This document shows positions 27,635 through 35,700 of a stretch of 38,537 bases of DNA, piece after piece (the stretch's first letter is position 1; each line of letters opens with the position of its first letter). The notes below the pieces were generated by a model that saw only the letters and a list, made by a program, of their open reading frames with translations, did no database searches and was not told the DNA's origin. Position numbers and translations under genes: made by a program. Origin of the DNA: Promethearchaeota archaeon (GTDB lineage: Archaea > Asgardarchaeota > Lokiarchaeia > Sigyniarchaeales > SOKP01); the NCBI GenBank assembly GCA_016926735.1, contig JAFGOA010000145.1, positions 1-38,537 of the forward strand, in the 5' to 3' direction.

Positions 27635-30469
27635 CTATTCTTTGACATTAAAAGTAATTGAGGATATTTCTTCTCCATCAACACCCGTAAACATTCGAAT
27701 ATCATAAATTCCAGGTAATTCAGGAGCATTAAAAACTCTTTCTCCTTTAATTTCACCATCTAAATTTCTTGTATCCAGAGAGAATTTATAATTAATATTA
27801 TAATCATTATGAGGGATATCAGAAGGAATTACCCCAAGCCAGCTTGAATCAGCATAAGCATTAGATGCAATAAATTGAACTCTTATCACTTCAAGTATTT
27901 TATATTCTAATTTATTTAAACTTAAAGATATAGTATAAGGTTCAACAACAAAACTAATACTTAAGATTTCGTTACCATTACCATTTTTATCATATAACCG
28001 AAAATCATAATCTCCAGGTTCTTCAGGAGCTTCAAACACAATTCGTCCAGTTGTGGATTTTTCTAAATAATAATAAGAGACATCATGCTCATCAGCAAGT
28101 TGTTCATCATTATGAATTACATCAGAAGGAATTAATCCAATCCAAGCAGTTTCATCATAAGTCGAAGGTGCTTTATAATTAATTCTAATTTTTTCTCCAG
28201 GGAGTACTGTATTTTTATCAATAGTAAGTTCTGGTTTAATATTTGCCAAATCCTCTTTAGTTAGATTTTGACTCTCAAGTTGATCTTGATATAATTTATG
28301 GTTTTTATTTACAATTTCAAGATTTTTTTTATCACTGATTTTTTCATAAATATCTTTTGCTCTAAAACAAAATTCAATTGCTTTACCATATTGTTCCATT
28401 TTAAAATAACAATTTGCTATTGAAGAATAAGCTAGGGCTTCGCCATTAAGGTCATTAGATTTTTTAGATAATTTTGATGTTTCTTCAAAATATTCAATTG
28501 CATCATCATACTTCTCCTCATTTTTATATACAATTCCAATATCATGATAAAGATAATTTTTATCTGGAAATTCAATTAGATTTTTTGAGAGTTCTAAGGC
28601 TTCATAAAGGAGATTCCAAGCCAGCTTATTAAACCCTCCACGCAATCTTGCTTTAGCCATTGCTCTTAGTATCATTATCAAAGAAGGCTTGTCTTTAGTA
28701 TAATATCCTGATTTCCTAGCTTTTTCATAATTTATCGTACCTTGCCCATATTTTCCTAATTTATCGTAATAATATCCTAAAAGATAATAAGCTGATGTGA
28801 GCATTCTATGATCACCTAATTTTTCATAAATTTTTACAGCCTCAGAAAGATATTGATATGCATCATCTGTATTGTTCATAGTTATCATTAAATTCGCAAT
28901 TCTGAAGTAAGCATCTGCTTTACTATTTAAAAGCCCCGTTTCAGAATCTATTTTTAAAGATTCTTTAAATATACTTAGAGCCTTTTCATATTTCATTTGA
29001 TGTTGATAGACTTCTCCTATTAATTTTAGAATCAATGTATATTGATAACTATCTTGTAATTTTTTATTTATTTCAAGTGCTTTATTGTAGTATTCAAGTG
29101 CTTTTTCATCATCTCGGTCTTTATTCAGATAAATTGAGCCAAAATTAATATATGCCCAAGCAAGATCTGATTCATTATCTATTTTTAGTGATAATTCTAC
29201 ACTTTTATTGAGATAATCAAAAGCTTTACTAAATTCTCTTTTATTCATATAATAAATTCCTAAGCAAAGAGAACAATACTCCTTTGTATTCATGTCTTTC
29301 TGAACCAATCCAATCTCAGCACTTTTTTTAACTGATTCATTATCACCTAAACCAGCAAAAATTTCACAAGAGAAACGATATTTTTTTTCCAAGGATGGAA
29401 CCTTCAGATTTTTACCAATCCAATCCTTGAAAGAAATTCTTTCTTTAGCAATAATTTCATTTTTTTTGTCATAAATTGTAATTTTAGGTAGTAATAGGTT
29501 CCATAAAGTATCCTCGAGAAATTTTTGGGTATTGATTGTGATTTTGATAACCTCAATGTTTTGTTGAACTTTAATTTCTGTAAGAATTTTATCAATTCCT
29601 CTAGCTACGTATCTTTTTAATCCTTCAGATTCACTTAAGACAGTTTTTATTTTTTTCTTTGATGTTGACGCATGTTCTATCCATATTATACGTTTCAGAT
29701 GAGGTATTTGCTTTAATGTAGGACTAATATCAAAATCATCGCTACCAGAATAGCCCATAATAACTAAATTTCGTTCTTTTGTTAAATTATCAAATGGTTC
29801 TTTTTTGAATTCTTCAACTGTAAAAGTAACTGATTCTCCTTTATTTTTTCCGAGAGCAGTAATTGTCGTAATAAGTGAATCTTTAGTACTTTCATTTGTA
29901 ATAAGATTTTTCTTTGAGCCATGAATCTTATATATTAAGTATTTATTTTGATCTTTAAAGAGCTCTGGGTCTTTATATATATTAAAATCGTTCTCAGTTA
30001 TAATAGGAATGATATCATTCCATTTTTCTTCAGGAATACAATTTTGAAGAGCTAATTCAATCATATAGTCAAAATTAGTTGTTATTACATAATTACCAGA
30101 AATAATACTATTAGCTAAAAAATAATGAATAATATTTGGTTCTCTTATTTCTTCTAAATAATTTAAGAAAGATATATCCTTATCAAAGAACTCTTGGATT
30201 TTATCCACGATCATCTCATAACGAAGTGATTTTAGATTCTTTAAAATGTTAATATCATGTTCAGGAGAGTAAAATTCGATTAAATCATTAACAAATTGTA
30301 TCGCAGAAGGAATATTAGTAGGGGCCCCCATAGAAATCCCTGCTCCAACTAAGAATGTATAATTTTCGTTAGGATTAAATAATTCTTCTAAAGAAAGAAT
30401 ATAATCTTTAAAAATCTTGTTATCGTAAATATTCATAACTTTTAATAATTTATCATCCATGATTTTCAA
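27635..30469 (-). CDS. SIR2-like domain + TPR array + two C-terminal Ig-like repeats
   Basis: FLVGAGISM, ITTNFD, KIHGS, GYSGSDDFDI; multiple TPR-like units (LGIYY...AFDYL, FGSIY...ALEYY, IGIVY...AIEYF); duplicated W(I/L)G(L/V)IPSD..HND...G..VF.APE.PG.YD.R domain. Confidence 0.85.
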   Translation of the reverse strand: MKIMDDKLLKVMNIYDNKIFKDYILSLEELFNPNENYTFLVGAGISMGAPTNIPSAIQFVNDLIEFYSPEHDINILKNLKSLRYEMIVDKIQEFFDKDISFLNYLEEIREPNIIHYFLANSIISGNYVITTNFDYMIELALQNCIPEEKWNDIIPIITENDFNIYKDPELFKDQNKYLIYKIHGSKKNLITNESTKDSLITTITALGKNKGESVTFTVEEFKKEPFDNLTKERNLVIMGYSGSDDFDISPTLKQIPHLKRIIWIEHASTSKKKIKTVLSESEGLKRYVARGIDKILTEIKVQQNIEVIKITINTQKFLEDTLWNLLLPKITIYDKKNEIIAKERISFKDWIGKNLKVPSLEKKYRFSCEIFAGLGDNESVKKSAEIGLVQKDMNTKEYCSLCLGIYYMNKREFSKAFDYLNKSVELSLKIDNESDLAWAYINFGSIYLNKDRDDEKALEYYNKALEINKKLQDSYQYTLILKLIGEVYQHQMKYEKALSIFKESLKIDSETGLLNSKADAYFRIANLMITMNNTDDAYQYLSEAVKIYEKLGDHRMLTSAYYLLGYYYDKLGKYGQGTINYEKARKSGYYTKDKPSLIMILRAMAKARLRGGFNKLAWNLLYEALELSKNLIEFPDKNYLYHDIGIVYKNEEKYDDAIEYFEETSKLSKKSNDLNGEALAYSSIANCYFKMEQYGKAIEFCFRAKDIYEKISDKKNLEIVNKNHKLYQDQLESQNLTKEDLANIKPELTIDKNTVLPGEKIRINYKAPSTYDETAWIGLIPSDVIHNDEQLADEHDVSYYYLEKSTTGRIVFEAPEEPGDYDFRLYDKNGNGNEILSISFVVEPYTISLSLNKLEYKILEVIRVQFIASNAYADSSWLGVIPSDIPHNDYNINYKFSLDTRNLDGEIKGERVFNAPELPGIYDIRMFTGVDGEEISSITFNVKE

Positions 30470-30659
30470 CGTTTGGGAAAATTATTCTTCATTGATTCTA
30501 TTTAATATTATAAATACTAATGCTTAAAAGTTATTTACATAAAATATCATAAAATTTTTTTTCAACTAAAAAAATTTATAATAGATTCTTGATTTCTATA
30601 GTTAACTTATATAGTATTTTATCTTTAAATTGCTTCACAGATAAAATAAGATTAAGCAA

Positions 30660-30826
30660 GCCAAGGTGGCGTAGACCGAAAATCTTATAGAATTCGGACG
30701 AAACCCGGTTCAAGTTGCAGAACTGCCTCTCTTTGAGGGTAAGAACGCACTAGACTGAAGATCTAGGTATCGAGGGTTCAAAAGAAAAGTTCATACCGAA
30801 CTTTATGGAAATTCCCTCTCTTGGCA
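30660..30826 (+). tRNA. tRNA-Phe(GAA) with three non-canonical introns (~30675..30703, ~30712..30743, 30783..30812)
   Basis: Acceptor GCCAAGG/TCTTGGC-A, D stem GCGT/ACGC, anticodon arm CTAGA-CTGAAGA-TCTAG, T stem GAGGG/CCCTC. Three 29-32 nt hairpin-forming inserts (two in the D loop, one in the T loop) must be removed to obtain a cloverleaf. Confidence 0.85.
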
Positions 30827-30988
30827 TTTTATATCTAATTATATATTAATAAAATATCAAAAAACCTTATTCTATTAATAATTTGCTTATATATCATATT
30901 TATAGCATATCAATTTATGGGTTTTAGGTTAATTTATGTTATATAATTATTTATCCTCTAAGAACAACTTACGTAGTTTTTTGTTTCA

Positions 30989-31420
30989 TTATGCACCTTC
31001 ATTATTTAAACATTCATTACACATAGTATCACATTTCTGGATAAATGGATTTTCACGATTTACGTGAATAAATTCTACTTTTTTATATTTTTTTAAGAGG
31101 TGAACAACTTTTTCATATAAATTAGCAAGATATTCTTTTTTAACTCGATACTGTCCCTTAATTTGTCGTATAACAAGTTGACTATCAGAATATAACTTAA
31201 TATGTAACTTATTCCAATCTTCAGCATTTTTTAATGCATTAATAATTGCATTATATTCAGCCACATTGTTCGTATTTTTCCCAATAAATCCTGAATTTTT
31301 CTTGATAATCTTTCCATTTCTAAGATATAGATATGCCCAAGCTGCTGGACCAGGATTTCCTCTTGAAGCCCCATCAACATAAATTCGTAATTCTTCATCT
31401 TTACTTATTGATTTTGACAT
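30989..31420 (-). CDS. rnhA: Ribonuclease HI (archaeal type)
   Basis: YVDGASRGNPGPA, TNNVAEY, SDSQLVIRQIKGQYRVK, HVNRE. Confidence 0.93.
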   Translation of the reverse strand: MSKSISKDEELRIYVDGASRGNPGPAAWAYLYLRNGKIIKKNSGFIGKNTNNVAEYNAIINALKNAEDWNKLHIKLYSDSQLVIRQIKGQYRVKKEYLANLYEKVVHLLKKYKKVEFIHVNRENPFIQKCDTMCNECLNNEGA

Positions 31421-31631
31421 GATTTAATAAACATTGTATAGGATTTATTTCTGTTTTTTTAATCTCAATAGTAGTACTAATTTTTTTTTTTTTAAAAAGA
31501 ATAATTTACTAGATTACCTAATAATTATTTTAAAAAAATACTCCTGTTTTTTTTTCCCTATTATGAATTTAGAAAAAAAAATGAACTTATCAGAAATAGT
31601 AATTATAACCTAATTTCCTATAAAAACGATA

Positions 31632-31763
31632 TTATTCAAATTTTTTCAATGTAAAGTGAATTGCTTTATCACTCCCTTCATTGATTTTTTCTATATAATA
31701 TTTTTTTTCGTTATCTTCCTCAATTGTAAAATAACATCGGGAATTTTCATGAAAACCAGACAT
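31632..31763 (-). CDS. Possible 43-aa small protein
   Basis: MSGFHENSRCYFTIEEDNEKKYYIEKINEGSDKAIHFTLKKFE*; co-oriented with its neighbours in a ~500 nt gap; no recognisable motif. Confidence 0.25.
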   Translation of the reverse strand: MSGFHENSRCYFTIEEDNEKKYYIEKINEGSDKAIHFTLKKFE

Positions 31764-31929
31764 ACATTTAATTAGATCTATAATTCTAATACAAATCACC
31801 TCTCAATTTTTAATGTGTATATAATTAAAGAAATATATTGTTTTAATTTAAAAAGTTATGCAAATTTGAATTGTGTTCTTTTAAACTCATACAAAGAATA
31901 GAAAAATAATCTAATATAAAAGGAAAGTA

Positions 31930-32367
31930 TTATAAAATGATGCTAATACCTCTTTCCTCTAAAAATAATTTTATCTTCTTCTCTAAGAGATCTCTAATTT
32001 CGCGAAATTTTTCAATTTTGCCATCTTCGCTTCCTTTAAAGTCTACTAGATCTTTAATCTCCCAATTATATCTCTTACTTATTCCTGGTATAATAGGACA
32101 TTGTTCTTCTCCCCTTTTACATAGAGTTATTATAATTCCAAAATGAATATTACCTAAAAATTGTTTTAGATCTTTTGAAGTCTGTTCACTCAAATCATAT
32201 CCTTTTTCTTCCATCACTTTTATTGCATAAGGATGAATCTCTTTAGCTTCAAACCCAGCACTATAGATATTAAATACAACACTCGCTAAATCTTTCATTA
32301 TTGCTTCAGCCATTTGACTAAGTGCTTGATTATGAGTACAGAGAAAAATAAGATTTGTTTTATCCAT
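31930..32367 (-). CDS. Arsenate reductase ArsC / LMW-PTP family protein with degenerate active-site loop
   Basis: LIFLCTHNQALSQMAE, YSAG, IHPYAIKVMEE, QTSK, ITLC...CP, FREIRD. Start placed at ATG 32367 (the track's 38 aa extension looks non-coding). Confidence 0.85.
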   Translation of the reverse strand: MDKTNLIFLCTHNQALSQMAEAIMKDLASVVFNIYSAGFEAKEIHPYAIKVMEEKGYDLSEQTSKDLKQFLGNIHFGIIITLCKRGEEQCPIIPGISKRYNWEIKDLVDFKGSEDGKIEKFREIRDLLEKKIKLFLEERGISIIL

Positions 32368-32535
32368 AGATTGTTCAAATGACCTACAAATAAAAAGATT
32401 ATATCTATAGAATATATATTTAAAATGAAAAATAAAGAATTTTTTAGATTCAGATTGCCTTATTTTTTTTTTTATTATCAAATAGGTTTCTTCTGAAAAT
32501 ATTTGTAGTTTTTATATTAAAATGCAAAATAAAAG

Positions 32536-33099
32536 GTGATATTTATGACGATAAGTAATGCAGATAATTGTATAAATATACATGAATTAATAGACACAGT
32601 AAATATCAATTTCATTTGTCCTGTCTGTAAAATTAAAAAAGAATTGACTTTTCCAAAGACTATCATTGACCAGAATAAAAACCTAACTACAGTATCTGTT
32701 CCAAGAAATATTATTTGTGAGCATCCTTTTCAAGCATTTATAGACAAAAATTATATAATTAGAGGATATCAGAAAGTTGATTTTGAATTTTGTGGAATCT
32801 CAGGTCAAAAAGAATATTTCTCTGAAGATATAGAAGATAAAATCAATTTGGATAAGGATTTATTCCAAAATTTAATAACAGAAGAAAATTATGTTGAATA
32901 TCTACCAAAGAAAAGACATGAAAATATTGAATTATCAGATTCTAATCATCAAAAAAGAATTGAAAATGAAAGAAAAATAGAATTTTTAAAATTACAAGAA
33001 ATTTATGAAGAATTTTGGGACCTTATTGATGATAAGAATGAAGATTTTCAAGTATTAATTATAAATGATAAAAGAAGAAATACAAAATCTGAAAAATAG
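32536..33099 (+). CDS. Hypothetical protein with N-terminal Zn-binding domain (CPxC...CxH)
   Basis: FICPVCK...IICEHPFQAFIDKNYIIRGYQKVD; C-terminal EIYEEFWDLID motif. Confidence 0.65.
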   Translation: MIFMTISNADNCINIHELIDTVNINFICPVCKIKKELTFPKTIIDQNKNLTTVSVPRNIICEHPFQAFIDKNYIIRGYQKVDFEFCGISGQKEYFSEDIEDKINLDKDLFQNLITEENYVEYLPKKRHENIELSDSNHQKRIENERKIEFLKLQEIYEEFWDLIDDKNEDFQVLIINDKRRNTKSEK

Positions 33100-33109
33100 A
33101 AGAATTATT

Positions 33110-33703
33110 TTAAGAAAAAGAGATTTTTTTTAACATTTTTTCTAATTCTAAAGGCTCTATCAATTTAATTTGCTTTTTCTTTTCATATTTGGAGTGATTA
33201 AATTTTGTATGATATAAGGAACGTAACACAAAATCTGGTAAAATACCTAGAGAATAACATTTTAAATTAAAAAATTCCTTTTCATAACCATATATTTTAC
33301 ATGAGATGATATGTTTTAAATCTACAGATGTTTTGAGTTCTTCCTCGGGATAATTCATTGCATATATTCCAAGATTAGATTTAATTTGTGCTGTTGTTAG
33401 TTTGCTTTGGGCCTTTTCTGCAGAAATAATATAGTTTTCTAGCTGTTCTTTATCTTTTAATCTTAATCTTTTCATAGTGTTATTTAGTTCATTAAGAAAT
33501 TCTTTATCCTCATCCAAAAGGAAAGCTCTAAGATTCATTATTATATTTGATTCGTTATTAAAGTGGTTTTTATCTCTTACTCTGCATGATATTATCTCAG
33601 CTGTGGACTGCCAAAAATATTTTTTTTTTCCACTTATAAAATAAAAGTCAGAGATCACTTTTTTTTCAATATCTAAAATTTTCTTATCTTTATCTATACT
33701 CAT
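33110..33703 (-). CDS. Hypothetical protein
   Basis: 197 aa ORF with ATG start and purine-rich upstream; no recognised motif. Confidence 0.55.
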   Translation of the reverse strand: MSIDKDKKILDIEKKVISDFYFISGKKKYFWQSTAEIISCRVRDKNHFNNESNIIMNLRAFLLDEDKEFLNELNNTMKRLRLKDKEQLENYIISAEKAQSKLTTAQIKSNLGIYAMNYPEEELKTSVDLKHIISCKIYGYEKEFFNLKCYSLGILPDFVLRSLYHTKFNHSKYEKKKQIKLIEPLELEKMLKKISFS

Positions 33704-33810
33704 ATTTCTTACCCTCTAGACCATCAATTCATTATGATTATTATATAAATACACTCTATAAATAATTTAACTTTAAAAGTTTTAAGATCTGGTTATAAGT
33801 ATGATTAATA

Positions 33811-34353
33811 TTATCTCTGAAATGGATATTTAACATTAAAATTGGATTCTGTAAGTGATAAATTTAATTCAAGTGTTACTATGTGAGATTCTATTTTTAA
33901 TATATGATTACCTTTTGTAAGTTTTCTTAAGGTATTTTCATCAACTCTAAGAATAATATCAATATTATCCCCCAATTTTATCAATCTTCCTTTTAATTTT
34001 CCTTCTAATATATCAGCTAAACTAAATTTAGAATTATCATGATAAATATATATATTTTCTTGAATAGATTCATTTTCCAGTAGTTGATGTGGGAGTGTTA
34101 TCCTATCTTCATCAAAGTAAATACTTAAAACTTCTAAATCAGAAATAGCCAAGATAGAGTCATCTGTTTCTCTATTTTTTGTTCCCTCAAGGATTATTTC
34201 TTTAGGTAATTCAAATGGAATTACGATATTAAAAGCTCTAATTAGTATTGAATCTGCTTTTCCATCATGACTGGTATCAACAGTGTAAACACTTTTATTT
34301 GGAGGGAAAATTTTTTTTATCAGAACTTTTAGAGCAGACAAGTTAAATGCCAT
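33811..34353 (-). CDS. Hypothetical protein (beta-rich)
   Basis: 180 aa ORF with GAGG upstream; contains DTSHDGKAD, a DxxxDG loop-like motif. Confidence 0.55.
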   Translation of the reverse strand: MAFNLSALKVLIKKIFPPNKSVYTVDTSHDGKADSILIRAFNIVIPFELPKEIILEGTKNRETDDSILAISDLEVLSIYFDEDRITLPHQLLENESIQENIYIYHDNSKFSLADILEGKLKGRLIKLGDNIDIILRVDENTLRKLTKGNHILKIESHIVTLELNLSLTESNFNVKYPFQR

Positions 34354-34483
34354 TATAGATTCCTCGATTTTTAAAAATGGTCTATTTTAGATACTATAAA
34401 TCAAATCAGAATTATTAAATTTTAGATATTTATTAAATTTTAGCTAAATTTTTATATTCATAGAAGTTATAATATGATTAAGT

Positions 34484-34840
34484 ATGAGTGTTATTTTAGA
34501 TATCGACCTAGTTTTGAAAAATTTATTGGAGGAATTAGGAGAGAAAGCATATTTTATTATTATCTCTTCTGAAAATGGTCTAATTCTAAAATCTCATATA
34601 AATAATGAAGAGTTTAATAAAACAGCTATTAGTCTTAATATTTCACAAGTTTATGAAAGTGCTGAAGAAATTACAGAATTGATAGGGGTACATAATCCAG
34701 ATTTTAATCTAATTCATTCTGATAATTTTTATATTCTTAGCGTCAAAATTCTAGATAAGATAATCATTATTTTAATGGAAGATCAAACTGATATATCAGA
34801 TATTTTTCGTATTATTAACAGTTGTATAAAAACCAATTGA
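34484..34840 (+). CDS. Roadblock/LAMTOR (profilin-like fold) family protein
   Basis: 118 aa: helix - FIIISSENGLILKS - helix - three short strands - helix, the roadblock secondary-structure pattern. Confidence 0.6.
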   Translation: MSVILDIDLVLKNLLEELGEKAYFIIISSENGLILKSHINNEEFNKTAISLNISQVYESAEEITELIGVHNPDFNLIHSDNFYILSVKILDKIIIILMEDQTDISDIFRIINSCIKTN

Positions 34841-35021
34841 ATTTAAAAATATTAGACTTAAAAAAAGTTCTTGATTATAAAAATCAGAATCATATCTTTT
34901 TCTTTAAAAAATGGTTTAACTAAATGAACAATATTCAAATAGCATAAAAATCTATTGAAAATATTTATAGCTTCTCATAGATTGAGTTTTTAGAAAAATA
35001 GTTTTAAATATTGGAAATATA

Positions 35022-35375
35022 TTGTATATCTATAAAGGGATAATTTTTTTTTTAAAAATTGGGTTAAAGAGGTTTATTAAGTTGAGTCGTATAAAGGAAG
35101 AAATTGACAGATATGTTGATTATTTCAAAAAAAAGAAAAGATATAAATTTATCAATACAGAAGAAATCGACCAAGTATTAACTTCAAATAAATATTTAGA
35201 GTTTGTTGATACAGTATATAATTTTTATAATACTCAACAATCACCTAATATTCCTATAGAAGAACGATTATCGATTCAATGCTATTTTGAAGCAGATCAA
35301 GCAATTAATTCTTTCTGGAAAAGATTATTAGGAGATAAATTTAGTAACAAAATAAAATCTAAATTAAACTTATAA
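35022..35375 (+). CDS. Hypothetical protein
   Basis: 117 aa ORF; the true start is likely the internal TTG (LSRIKEE). Confidence 0.45.
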   Translation: MYIYKGIIFFLKIGLKRFIKLSRIKEEIDRYVDYFKKKKRYKFINTEEIDQVLTSNKYLEFVDTVYNFYNTQQSPNIPIEERLSIQCYFEADQAINSFWKRLLGDKFSNKIKSKLNL

Positions 35376-35700
35376 ATATCTTTTTTCAAATTGAAATTAT
35401 TCAAAATTAGAAAAAATTCTTTAAAATATATTCAACCGAGAAGATAAGATAATCATAATTAATTTCTTTTTATAATATCTGTAAATTTTAGCTTTAGTTC
35501 CTATCTAAGAGTAATTTTTAAAGTTTTTAGTGTTTGATTTAATACAATGGGTTTTCATATTTTTCATAGGAGAAATTGGAAATCTATAAATATAAGATAT
35601 TCATTATGATCATTCAACTACTTTTATTTTTTAAAGAAAAATTAACTATTTTAAATCTAAATTGAGATTTAATAAAAATTAATTAGAGAGATGAACATAT

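Noticed and set aside
15200-30830. tRNA-anchored integrated mobile element
   Set aside because: No integrase or transposase, no duplicated tRNA ends, and no obvious composition shift seen.
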